Part shown: piece by piece, positions 1 to 9,635 of the stretch | Layout of the letters: each line of letters begins with the position of its first letter | How positions within the stretch are numbered: the first letter of the stretch is position 1 | Assembly (NCBI GenBank): GCA_015233155.1 | Contig: JADFYG010000002.1 | Location: 110,734 to 174,733 of the forward strand | Length of the DNA: 64,000 nucleotides | Direction of reading: 5' to 3' | Source of the DNA: Candidatus Rifleibacteriota bacterium | GTDB taxonomy: Bacteria; Muiribacteriota; Ozemobacteria; Ozemobacterales; Ozemobacteraceae | Program-made: the position numbers and the translations under genes | The notes under the pieces: generated by a model | What the model saw: the letters and a program-made list of their open reading frames with translations, nothing else | Database searches by the model: none | Told to the model about the DNA's origin: nothing

Positions 1-210
1 TCTTTTTGTGCAAAAAATTGCTACACACGGCAACCTCCAGAGGGACGGTTTTCCCTTCATTATACGAACCGTACCCCGGGAGGCGTCAACAAAAAATATC
101 AATACACATTGTGACTGGCCGAATAAATGAGGACACAACACAAGATACCGACCGAGACTCGGAACAGAATAAAAAAGTCCAATTGGTCGATATATAATTC
201 TGATTAATGG

Positions 211-765
211 CTACATGGAATTTGCGGCTTTTCCACGAGCTAGTTTCCTGACCGGCTTTATCGTGAGAGGCCCGAATGTCGAGCCCCCTGCGGCCGCCAC
301 CGATTCCAAATTACCATACCAGGAGTATGTTTTTGTCAACGGATTCAATTCAGCAAACAGGTCGGCCTTCCCATTGCCATCGGTATCGATGTAAATTTTT
401 TCCGGAACACCATCGTGATCCGCATCATATTCCCACTGGTCAACTTTACCATCGAAGTTACGATCATACTGATAGTCGTCTGTAAGTCCATCAAAATCAC
501 GATCAGTCGCCCAATAATCACCGATACCGTCACCATTTCGATCCACAATAATTAAATCAATACGACCATCACCATTGCGATCATAGCGTCCAGGTACAGA
601 GTTGAACTGGGTGGACCCGTAATCGAGACCTGCTCCCGTCGCGGGAGATGCGTGAGGATAGAAGCCCCCCGAATCAGATCCTGGGCCAGTAAAACCCTGT
701 GCAAAGATAACCATGGACAATCTTATGAAAAACACTGCCATTGTAGTGAGACGCCATGTCCGCAT
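211..765 (-). CDS. Secreted protein with tandem DxDxDG calcium-binding-like repeats
   Basis: Signal-peptide-like N-terminus; six Dx(N/D)x(D/N)G motifs (DRNGDG, DRNGDG, DRDFDG, DRNFDG, DADHDG, DTDGNG); GGAGG RBS before the ATG at 765. Confidence 0.7.
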   Translation of the reverse strand: MRTWRLTTMAVFFIRLSMVIFAQGFTGPGSDSGGFYPHASPATGAGLDYGSTQFNSVPGRYDRNGDGRIDLIIVDRNGDGIGDYWATDRDFDGLTDDYQYDRNFDGKVDQWEYDADHDGVPEKIYIDTDGNGKADLFAELNPLTKTYSWYGNLESVAAAGGSTFGPLTIKPVRKLARGKAANSM

Positions 766-859
766 AATGCACACCTCCAAAAGAATAGGAAATACAAGGT
801 GAGAAAGTATGCGAATTCATCCCTTTGGCAAGGATTTTTTTCAGCAGGAAATATATTGT

Positions 860-1465
860 TTATTTTTTTGCGGGAAACCATTCCACGCGAACTCGAAGAG
901 ATACGAGAATTTCATTTTCAACAGAATAATCCAGTATCAATACACGCAAAGTCCCCGTGGGTAGCTTCCAGAAACGCTTGAGGCCAAACGTTCCATCCTT
1001 AATCGGAGCGAATTGCCAACCGAAAAACTCGAAAGGCTGTGGTCCATGCTGAATAGAAGTATCAATCAACAGATTTTCTCCGGAGTCCCCAAGCGAAAGA
1101 ACCCAACCCAAACGCCTGCCGGAAGCGTCAACTTCCGGAAACCAGGCGAGGCTTGCCGTTCCGACTTCAGAGGGAAGACCTGAAGCTATTGGAACAGCCT
1201 TTCCTGACGTCAGAATTACATCCCAGAACCAGGTCGCCGATGCCTGAGCATTATCCATATTCTGCACATCAGACATCGGGAAATGTGACATACAGGAAGA
1301 TGCAATAGATGCAGACTTAAACGAGCTGCCTGACTCCAATATTGAAGATTGCCCCCAGGCGATATTTTCAATCACAATCAAAACCAGAAGAACTACAAAT
1401 ATAAGGCGCCTTGAAAGGCGATTCATAAGTGCGGAACAAATATAATATTGTGCAAAACGCATCAC
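860..1465 (-). CDS. Hypothetical exported protein
   Basis: 201-aa ORF with a hydrophobic N-terminal segment, co-oriented with both neighbours; start uncertain. Confidence 0.55.
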   Translation of the reverse strand: MMRFAQYYICSALMNRLSRRLIFVVLLVLIVIENIAWGQSSILESGSSFKSASIASSCMSHFPMSDVQNMDNAQASATWFWDVILTSGKAVPIASGLPSEVGTASLAWFPEVDASGRRLGWVLSLGDSGENLLIDTSIQHGPQPFEFFGWQFAPIKDGTFGLKRFWKLPTGTLRVLILDYSVENEILVSLRVRVEWFPAKK

Positions 1466-1497
1466 TTTATCTCTTTTCCTTGGTGCTCAAACACATA

Positions 1498-3723
1498 TTA
1501 TTGTTGCATGAGAAGTGTCCAAAGCGTGATTCCATTAAACGTCAAAAAGCATATCATTCCGGGAAACAAACTTCCAGTAATCCGAAACATCCAGGTACAA
1601 AAAACGCTGAGAATAAACACCGGCGGTAAAAGAAGTATTGGATGAAGAAGAGCAGAACAGGCTCCATTTAGAAGCAGACCTACTGATCCGGTGAACCCTT
1701 GCGCTCGCAGGGCCTGATCGAGAAAACCGCGAAAAAATACTTCTTCAATCACGGATGCAACCATACATAGTGCAGCAAAAAACACGCCTGTCGCCAATGA
1801 GCCACCGAAAAAACCAGCCAGCCAATTCCAAACGTCCACATTTGAAACGAAGGGATCGAATCCCAATGTCGGAATCAAAAGAAGATATTGTCGACCTAAA
1901 TACCCCGCAACAAGACCTGTAAACAATGCACCGATAAACAGACCGATCGATGGCAGACGACATCCGAGGGCAGTAATGGGTGAAAAAAAACGTCGCCGAA
2001 CATTCAGCAACAACGAACGGGCCAGAACCAGAAGAACGGGAACAGAGGCAAACAACCATGGCCAGAAGGAAAAAACGGCCTTATAAAGAACCCAGTGAAA
2101 AACAGATCCGACAACGACTTGGATACCCAGTGCGCACGCCAGTGGCAATGCGGCATCAATCAGTCTGAACATCGGCTCAGTTCCAGCATCAGGATCGTTG
2201 CGTATAGAAAAGACCTCACAAGCACGATAATGAAGTGTAAGTGCCAATGACATAAAAACCAAAAAAGCGAAAACGGCTGATGGAGAAGCTTCTTTTGTGG
2301 GCAAGCATACAAACATGATCATGCAGGCGAAAATTTTCCCGGTCAGGGATGAACGCATCTGGAGAACTTTTGCATCATAGTCCGGGAAAATCGCCGATGT
2401 GGAAACAGCAGCCCAGACACAGCTGATAATAAACACGGCAATCCAGACTACAAGTGTCACACGATCGGCAATATTCAGCCCCAGATACCATCCGATTCCC
2501 AGGGCAGCCGGCACAAAGAAAATCAAAGCTATGGTTCCCCAAAAGATGGTCTTCTGTCCGATGATCCGACCGGGTTCGATAGGAAGTGTTTCGATAATTG
2601 ACACGCCCTTTCCCTCAGAGCCGACAGCATTCACAGGACCAAACATGCAAAAATAGATTACAGCGGCCGCCATTGCATTCATGACATTGGATGTCTGAGA
2701 AAGCGAAAAAACATCTTTCAATACATATATTTCAGCAAAAATTATGGTCAATGGCAGCAACAATGCGTTCAGTAGTAAATGCATATCATTGCGAAGCAGC
2801 AACGACTCTTTTCGAATCAGGCCATATAGGCGAAATGTATTAGCCGATGCCGGAGCAGATATTCCGGAATTAACCCATGTCAGCCACTGAGCCCTGGCCA
2901 TAGCATTAAAAAAACAGATACCAAGTATGAAACATGCAGACCAGAAACACTGCCAATGCCAGAAAGATCGACCAAAGTCACCATCCATAAGAGTCTCCGC
3001 CAGCATTCGAGCGGGTTTAAGCGGGAATCTAAGCCATGGTTCAAGATTCGCCCACACTCTTATGAGCATTGGAATAATTTGTTCGTTAATAGAGGAAAAC
3101 CAAACACCGTGACCAAGGCCCACGATGACACCAAAATAGCTCAGAAACGCGAGTAAATTCCGGAGCGTAGTCGGACGGAAGAAACGACCGAATGCGACAG
3201 TCAGAAGGGTTACAAACAGACCTATCAGTAGTTCTATCTGGCTATAGAGAAGCGTTCCGATAAAAAGACCCTGCAATGAAAAGCCCTCACGCATAATCAT
3301 TCCAAGCATGCCACCGAGCAGAATTACGGGTGCGGCCCAGTCAACGGAGAGCCGCTCAAAAAGCTTACATATAAGAAGCGCGCTTGGAGATATGGGAAGA
3401 GTACAGAGATATTCATGATCTGTACTCATCTGCCCAAGGTTGAGGGTATACCCCATCAGGAGATCACTTATGAAAACCAGGATTACACCATAAACCAGCA
3501 TCAATGCGAGGGCGGTTATGACCAATTCTTGCGGAATAACCATGGAAGCAGATTGAAAGATTCCTCCTATTCCCTGCCCGATAACAAAACATAGAAATAC
3601 AACCAGCAAAACTATCAATGGAGTTGAATAAAACCAGCGCCATGAACGCAATCCATTCCAGAAAAGGCGCATTTTCATGCGTATTAAAGCTATTGTGGCA
3701 GAGATAGAAGAAGTCATAGACAC
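1498..3723 (-). CDS. ABC-2-type exporter permease-like membrane protein with a C-terminal CPBP (CAAX/Abi) intramembrane protease domain
   Basis: Many TM helices; two permease-like TLPI..K motifs; C-terminal EEVFFRG and SALLH motifs. Confidence 0.7.
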   Translation of the reverse strand: MSMTSSISATIALIRMKMRLFWNGLRSWRWFYSTPLIVLLVVFLCFVIGQGIGGIFQSASMVIPQELVITALALMLVYGVILVFISDLLMGYTLNLGQMSTDHEYLCTLPISPSALLICKLFERLSVDWAAPVILLGGMLGMIMREGFSLQGLFIGTLLYSQIELLIGLFVTLLTVAFGRFFRPTTLRNLLAFLSYFGVIVGLGHGVWFSSINEQIIPMLIRVWANLEPWLRFPLKPARMLAETLMDGDFGRSFWHWQCFWSACFILGICFFNAMARAQWLTWVNSGISAPASANTFRLYGLIRKESLLLRNDMHLLLNALLLPLTIIFAEIYVLKDVFSLSQTSNVMNAMAAAVIYFCMFGPVNAVGSEGKGVSIIETLPIEPGRIIGQKTIFWGTIALIFFVPAALGIGWYLGLNIADRVTLVVWIAVFIISCVWAAVSTSAIFPDYDAKVLQMRSSLTGKIFACMIMFVCLPTKEASPSAVFAFLVFMSLALTLHYRACEVFSIRNDPDAGTEPMFRLIDAALPLACALGIQVVVGSVFHWVLYKAVFSFWPWLFASVPVLLVLARSLLLNVRRRFFSPITALGCRLPSIGLFIGALFTGLVAGYLGRQYLLLIPTLGFDPFVSNVDVWNWLAGFFGGSLATGVFFAALCMVASVIEEVFFRGFLDQALRAQGFTGSVGLLLNGACSALLHPILLLPPVFILSVFCTWMFRITGSLFPGMICFLTFNGITLWTLLMQQ

Positions 3724-3822
3724 AAGTTACCACAATTCCTGAATACCGCAATGTGTCACAGGAATTTGCCAAGGATATTTAATTCTTCGTCGCTGAATAG
3801 CTTGAGCTCGTGGCAAAAAAAC

Positions 3823-3851
3823 GCGGCGCGCCCGGCGGTCGCTGCCCTACC
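3823..3851 (-). repeat. REP-like GC-rich palindromic unit (GTAG type)
   Basis: Minus strand GGTAGGGCAGCGACCGCCGGGCGCGCCGC; near-identical copy at 43924-43951 (+). Confidence 0.6.
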
Positions 3852-3987
3852 GGTCGAGAATTATATGCCCTGGGAAATACCCTTGAACAACTAACTACGT
3901 GCATACGATGCTCAGGGACGATGCGTGGATCGGCCGGGGAGCACGAGCGTAATTCTTGATTGGTAAAAAAAAAGATGGATGAACGCG

Positions 3988-4011
3988 AAAAGCGCCCCGG
4001 AAAGGGGCGCC
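3988..4011 (-). terminator. Intrinsic terminator downstream of the candidate large ncRNA
   Basis: Minus strand GGCGCCCC-TTTCC-GGGGCGC-TTTT, with a further T9 run about 15 nt downstream. Confidence 0.7.
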
Positions 4012-4026
4012 AATCGTCTAAAAAGA

Positions 4027-5129
4027 GTTGAGTGACCGGAAGTCATTAGTCAGCGAATTGGTTTGCCTTACTGAAGGTCATATACGAAGAAAAGTAACGA
4101 ACAAACATTACTGCCTGAACGAAATCCCTCGTGTCGTTTCTTGTTCTCTAAGGTTTTACCACGGTTATGCTATGACGCATATTTGGTTACGCCAAGCCTT
4201 TGATGTTTCAACACCCTCAAGGCACTCGACACAACCGCCGCATGACGGTTTCCCGAACATACTCTATCCCTTTTTGAACTTCAGCCGACTTCAGGGTTTA
4301 CCCTTTCTTCGGCACCAGGTTGGGACCCCAGCACCTTCTTAGGTTTCATTCCCTTTCAGCGCCATCATCACTGGACGAGACAAACGAGACTCCCATCTCG
4401 CCGCTCCCCGCTCGCAGGTTTTGTCCACCTCTCAGCAGGTACCATCATCCGACATGACTGACGAGCTTATCCCATCTCGCCGGCACTCGTAGGGTCCGGG
4501 CCTTCAGAGTATAACCTTAAAACGATCGGTCACTGTCATCCAGTGCCTGACTTCTTCGCCGTTTCCGCCCCTCCATGACTTCCTTCCTCGATTGCGCAGA
4601 TGACCCCTAGTCATCTATCAACACAGCGGCTTTCACCATCTGCAAATCTCGCGCAGTCGCGGCCCCTGGTAACTCTTTCAAATTACTGGCTGCCATCCTG
4701 GGGTTCGGTCGACCTTGAAGTTTTATGCCCGTTTCAAAGCGTTTCGTTCGCACAACAGTTTCACCCATCGTGCGCGACAACAACTCTCCTGGCCTTCCGC
4801 TTCTTCAGGGTATTGCTCCGGGATCGCCCTGGGTTGCCCCTCCCCCTCGTGAGGTTACTATCCCCTACAGGGTTCTTCTGCAATCATCCGGATTGTCTTC
4901 TCGCTTGTGACGAGAGGACATCCCCTCTTGAAGTTTTTGCCTTTTGTAACAGATCTTCACGATTAGAACGCAGAGAGCACTTAGGTCATTGCTTCCCTTC
5001 AGGTCTACATCGATTGTCACCAACCGATAATCAACCATCTGCGGCACTCGATTCCCGCGCCTTACCGGAGCTCGGAAGATCAAAACTTTCGGCCACCAAT
5101 TCGCTTGTCAAAGGACCAGTCACTCAACA
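4027..5129 (-). ncRNA. Candidate very large (~1.1 kb) structured non-coding RNA, family unassigned
   Basis: Own sigma70 promoter and terminator; ends pair (5116-5128 with 4027-4039, 13 bp with one G-U; 5095-5105 with 4052-4062, 11 bp perfect); GNRA-capped and G-U-containing hairpins on the minus strand; repeated internal motif; no credible CDS. Confidence 0.8.
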
Positions 5130-5134
5130 CAGCT

Positions 5135-5163
5135 AATCTATCATTCGACGGGGAAGTTGTCAA
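5135..5163 (-). promoter_or_regulatory. sigma70 promoter with extended -10, driving the candidate ncRNA
   Basis: TTGACA (5163-5158), 17-nt spacer, TAGATT (5140-5135) preceded by TGn; predicted start about 5129, at the 5' end of the terminal helix. Confidence 0.85.
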
Positions 5164-5281
5164 CACATATTTTATTTATTTTTTCAGAGGAGCAAAAACA
5201 GATGGCCCCATTGCCAGTTAGCATGAAGAAAATCCGGCTATCTTTTCAAAGAGAAATTTCTTTATTGCCTCCAGGCCACTG

Positions 5282-8200
5282 TCAAAATGTAATAACCATC
5301 TTGGCATTCGCTATGGTGGCCTCATATCCGGCACCGGTGAGACCACCGGTTGATTTCACTTTTTTTACCTCTCCATCGATTATGCTATCTGTACCGATGA
5401 ATTGAGAAAAATTCAATCCCCCCTCGATATGTGTTTCAGGTTTCACGGATTCAATCGATTTATGCATGATAAATAGCTTATACCGCTGATTTTTTGCCGA
5501 GGGAGTCAAAACAAATGCGGCATTTTCCTGCCATTCCTTACTCGGCATTTTTTGATCTATGACGTTACGCTGAACACCTAATTCAAGAGTGGCGGCACGC
5601 GAAAAAACCCGATTAAATTCGGCAATCCTGCTGACAGTATGCTTGCTATTGTCGCTGAGATACACATCATTTTCATCATGATCTTCCCAGCGTCCGGTAA
5701 CGATATATCCTTCATAGAATTCGTTACGAATTTCAATCCGTTTTAACGTATCAAGCAGTTCGGTCTTCGGTGTAAAAGAGGCGACAGCTATTGCAGTTGG
5801 TGTTGCAACCGATGTTACAATAGCTGAAATAGAAGCAGTCTGAGAAGCAAAATTCAACGATCTCGCCACTCCATTTTCGTAATCCATCGTAATACGAATC
5901 TGTTTGACCGGAACATATTTGAATTCATAACTCCGTCGATCATTGTGTGACAACAAATCTCTGGTCGAGCGGTCTATAAGATCACGACATTTCCAGTCGA
6001 AATATGTTTCTACACGCTCACCAAGACGATAATTCGTCGTAAAATTTGTAGTTTCTTTTCGTACCGGATTCTCGAATCTGCCCACGACTTCCACCGCATC
6101 CTGTGGAGTAACTGGCAGACTTGGAGGCCTCACATACTTTGCCGGGTCAATTGATGGATCACGAACGATCTTGGTCGTATTCTCAACCTTGTATTTGAGC
6201 TGCGTAGTAAAATCCGAAGTCGGCTGATATCTGAATCTGGAATCAGCAACCTCATCATTTTGATCGGTCTTCACCAGAAAATCATGTTCGTTGCGCCACT
6301 GAAAAATACCTCTAGCATTGAATACACGATTGGGATCAAAGTTCATATCGACCGTGTAATTGTTGATCGTCGATCGCAATTTGCCCGGTGTATAATCATC
6401 TTCAAGATTGAGTCGTGAATACCCGGTCGACCATGCAAAACGCTTCTTCTCCGCAGAGTTTATCGAAGTAACCAACTGCAAAACACGCGAACCGGACGCC
6501 AAATTCACACTATCCAGATATGTCGTTCTTTCCAGCTTAGTCTGCGCGGCAATTTTTCCAAATTCATGATCCCACACAAATGCACCGAATTGTTTATCAC
6601 GATTCGTTAGCGGAGTATCCTTGTTCTCACGGTCTATCTGTTGTTCAAGACGCCCCTCGACCTGTGACCCATGTTTGTATTTCCAGGTTACGCCGCCATT
6701 TCTTGCAGCAAAATCGATCCTGGAAAGCGTCGGATCATGCGACATGTTCGTTTTAGATTGTTCAAGGCCCCCGAACAAAGAAACCGTCGGCCGAATCGCG
6801 TAGTTGAAACGCCCAGTTTCTTTTCGAATATCGCTCACAAGGCCGCGCTCTCCAAGCTCTGTCACTCCGCCTTCGCGGCCGATAAGCTTGAAATCTTTTC
6901 CAACCTGGCGAATACCGAGTTCCCCGTCAAGGCGCTCGTTCTTTGCTTTGATTTCCAGTCGGGATGCCGAATCCGTGAAAGCACGGTCCGCGGGGGTCTC
7001 TTCACTGAGCGCATTAGGATCATACTTCGATCGAGAATATTCCCCGGACAGACTGAATGTCTTGTTCAGCCGCCACTGACCATCAAATCCTGCGATGACA
7101 TGATCCATGGGGCGGGCCGTGGCCGTTGCCGTTTCACCACCCTTGGGAACCGTCGCATCGAGTTCGCGCAAAATTGTCATCCCAACGCGATTGGCTTCGT
7201 TTCGTTCGTATACGATTCGCCCTCCATACAGATTTCGCTTGAAAGCAAGCTTCTGATCCGTTACCTCATATTCGATAACAATCCAGGAAGTCGCCTCTAC
7301 CGGTAAAAGATGAGGCTGCAATTTCATGATGCCTTCCTCATAATCAATCAAATAATCAGTTCCACGAACTAATGCTTTTCCGTCTATGCTGGCACGCTCG
7401 GAATTTTGCACCACTGGTTTTCCGAGCAATCGAAACTCCTGCTGCTGTCCTGCTCCGCGAAATTGTTCACGCCGCGCAACTCCTTTCGACTGCGAAAACA
7501 GCAGGACCGTTTTCCAATGTTTGTTTATTGCTCCCTGAGCGAGAATACCGCGCACTTCCTTGTTATTCAAAACAAACTCGGTGTCCTTGAGCGTGAGTGG
7601 AAAATCGCCGATCGTGAAATCCCAGATCGGCCCATTGATGAAAACGGTGAAACGACGATCCTGATCTTCTTTGTCATCAAGAACGGCATTAACCTTGGTA
7701 TTGCGATTGATGTTCCCGTCGATCTCGATATGCAAGCTCTGATCAAGATGAAAGCCGGGAATACAATCATAGTTTTCCGTGGAAAAATGGCCTATGTCAC
7801 CTTTCACGTCGGCTTTTTTCATTGCGAACGTCTTGCTGCCGGAAATATTGAGCTTCCGTTCTTCCGGTTGGATTTCCGAGTCCACTGGCATTTTCGAAGG
7901 AGGTAATTCCAGTGATCCGGAAGCAACCATTTCAGAAATGCGCTTTGAAGCGGATGCTGTAACAGTTTGATTACGCTGATTATTTGGAATTCCCATTACA
8001 GGTTTGTTTAACAAGGATCTATTGTCGGTGGGTATGATTATAGATTTTAGTCTGGATGTCGAAGTGGCTGCTGATATCGGTTTGCCGGCAATAATAGAGT
8101 TCAGCATCGGAATCTTCTTCGACGGTGCTCCGCGTGTCTTGGCGATACTCGTGACTGCCATCGAAGTTCTACGATTAATAGTAAAAGCTGAGCTTGCAAT

Positions 8201-8635
8201 CAATCCTGCGTGTTTTACCATGTAAACTGTGCCGTTCTTTGCTCCGGGCTTTTCCGCCTTCGATATTTTTGAAGACCCGGATGCGTTTTTTGTAGAAATG
8301 CCTTTACGTTTTAATGCTTTTATTGATATTCGCGTACTCGTTTTTTTACATGCAGGATTTGTAATAGATGCCGATTCAGAAGAAATCTTATCGAGAAATT
8401 TACGTAATCGATCGAGTTTCTCCAAAAGAGTGGGAGAAATGCATGGAATCGATGTCAGTTCAGATTTCGATCCAGTATCAGTAGAAACCTTAGCGCAATA
8501 CGCAGGCGCGCCACTTGCGACCAGCAATAGCAGCATGATTAATATGCAACTGCAGCAAGCCCCCCATACAGGCGCGCGAGGAGTATTAGTTCCTCTTTGA
8601 GAGTCGGCGATTCGAACACGCAGGAAATGCTTCAT
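5282..8635 (-). CDS. Large exported protein, probable outer-membrane beta-barrel with a SprA-like segment
   Basis: Signal peptide; low-complexity S/K/T-rich N-region; ISGSK...LDQSL and SERASIDGKALVRGTDYLIDYEEG segments; amphipathic beta strands; C-terminal Phe; ATGA overlap with xerD. Confidence 0.6.
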   Translation of the reverse strand: MKHFLRVRIADSQRGTNTPRAPVWGACCSCILIMLLLLVASGAPAYCAKVSTDTGSKSELTSIPCISPTLLEKLDRLRKFLDKISSESASITNPACKKTSTRISIKALKRKGISTKNASGSSKISKAEKPGAKNGTVYMVKHAGLIASSAFTINRRTSMAVTSIAKTRGAPSKKIPMLNSIIAGKPISAATSTSRLKSIIIPTDNRSLLNKPVMGIPNNQRNQTVTASASKRISEMVASGSLELPPSKMPVDSEIQPEERKLNISGSKTFAMKKADVKGDIGHFSTENYDCIPGFHLDQSLHIEIDGNINRNTKVNAVLDDKEDQDRRFTVFINGPIWDFTIGDFPLTLKDTEFVLNNKEVRGILAQGAINKHWKTVLLFSQSKGVARREQFRGAGQQQEFRLLGKPVVQNSERASIDGKALVRGTDYLIDYEEGIMKLQPHLLPVEATSWIVIEYEVTDQKLAFKRNLYGGRIVYERNEANRVGMTILRELDATVPKGGETATATARPMDHVIAGFDGQWRLNKTFSLSGEYSRSKYDPNALSEETPADRAFTDSASRLEIKAKNERLDGELGIRQVGKDFKLIGREGGVTELGERGLVSDIRKETGRFNYAIRPTVSLFGGLEQSKTNMSHDPTLSRIDFAARNGGVTWKYKHGSQVEGRLEQQIDRENKDTPLTNRDKQFGAFVWDHEFGKIAAQTKLERTTYLDSVNLASGSRVLQLVTSINSAEKKRFAWSTGYSRLNLEDDYTPGKLRSTINNYTVDMNFDPNRVFNARGIFQWRNEHDFLVKTDQNDEVADSRFRYQPTSDFTTQLKYKVENTTKIVRDPSIDPAKYVRPPSLPVTPQDAVEVVGRFENPVRKETTNFTTNYRLGERVETYFDWKCRDLIDRSTRDLLSHNDRRSYEFKYVPVKQIRITMDYENGVARSLNFASQTASISAIVTSVATPTAIAVASFTPKTELLDTLKRIEIRNEFYEGYIVTGRWEDHDENDVYLSDNSKHTVSRIAEFNRVFSRAATLELGVQRNVIDQKMPSKEWQENAAFVLTPSAKNQRYKLFIMHKSIESVKPETHIEGGLNFSQFIGTDSIIDGEVKKVKSTGGLTGAGYEATIANAKMVITF

Positions 8636-9525
8636 TTTCCGCGTGGATGCGCCCGACTGTGAATTCGCTTAAGATCCTGCCCCGTAAGATGTGTGTAAAT
8701 TTGCGTAGTTGAGACGTCAACATGGCCCAGCATTTCCTGAACCGCGATTATATCCGCACCACCTTCAAGCATATGTGTGGCACATGAATGGCGAAGAGTA
8801 TGCGGTGATACTGAGCGAGCTATACCTGCAGCCACAGCGTATTTACGCACTATTTTCCAAACACCCATCCGCGAAAGGGCCTTTCCCATTGGATTCAGAA
8901 AAAGCGTGCGCACTGTGACGTCGGTAATCAGTTTCGGACGTCCATGCAAAAGATATATATCGATTGACTCCAAAGCATATGTTCCGATTGGAATGATACG
9001 TTCGCGCCCTCCCTTCCCAATCACGTTGATAAACTCGGCCTCGCGATGAATGCTTCCAATCTGCAAATCGATCAATTCGGATTCACGAACGCCTGTTCCA
9101 TACAGTGTTTCCAAAATCGCGTGATCACGTAAATGAAGGGGCGATTCACCGGTGGAAGCGACAAGCATACGCTCGATTTCCTCCGGAGAAAGCACTTTGG
9201 GAAGCGGCCGGCCTGGCTTGGGACGCTCAATGACTCTGCTGGGATCCTCTTTTAGTCGCCCCTCGCGCATCAGGAACCTGTAAAAACCACGTATAGCAGA
9301 AGCTTTTCGGGCAATTGAACGGGGCGACAAACCGCGTTCATGCAGCGTGACTATAAACATGACCAGCGGACCTTCAACGGAAGTTTCATCGGCGCGGCGG
9401 CCACGCTCGTCAAGAAACACGAGGAAATCCTCGAGATCATGACGATATGCTTCCAAAGATTTCGGCCTCAGACCGCGATCAACGGCCAGATATGCCAAAT
9501 GCTGGTTAAGCAAATCGGCTTGCAT
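8632..9525 (-). CDS. xerD: Site-specific tyrosine recombinase XerD
   Basis: LRDHAILETLYGTGVRESEL, GKGGRERIIP, SPHTLRHSCATH and LGHVDVSTTQIY motifs; 297 aa. Confidence 0.88.
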   Translation of the reverse strand: MQADLLNQHLAYLAVDRGLRPKSLEAYRHDLEDFLVFLDERGRRADETSVEGPLVMFIVTLHERGLSPRSIARKASAIRGFYRFLMREGRLKEDPSRVIERPKPGRPLPKVLSPEEIERMLVASTGESPLHLRDHAILETLYGTGVRESELIDLQIGSIHREAEFINVIGKGGRERIIPIGTYALESIDIYLLHGRPKLITDVTVRTLFLNPMGKALSRMGVWKIVRKYAVAAGIARSVSPHTLRHSCATHMLEGGADIIAVQEMLGHVDVSTTQIYTHLTGQDLKRIHSRAHPRGK

Positions 9526-9635
9526 GCGCCTCCTGAAATGACCTATTTCAAGAGACTATCGGATGTTTTCGCCCTTTTATTGACGTTAAGATCTGCAAAT
9601 ACAATGAAGAATTGAACGCCGGAAAAATAGCACGC

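Noticed and set aside
4027-5129. RNase P, tmRNA, rRNA fragment, group II intron or IS element as the identity of the 1.1 kb region
   Set aside because: No RNase P GAGGAAAGUCC, no tRNA-like ends, no recognisable rRNA signature, no GUGYG 5' end or domain V, no transposase or target-site duplication. This was a by-eye check only; cmscan is needed.
4028-5136. ORFs 4028..4342 (+), 4600..5136 (+), 4725..4910 (+) and 4865..5083 (-)
   Set aside because: No clear RBS or recognisable domain and atypical composition; better explained as incidental frames over a structured RNA.
8632-9525. Tyrosine recombinase as a phage or island integrase
   Set aside because: Size and motifs are XerD-like, it lies in a housekeeping operon, and there is no adjacent tRNA, att site or phage gene.
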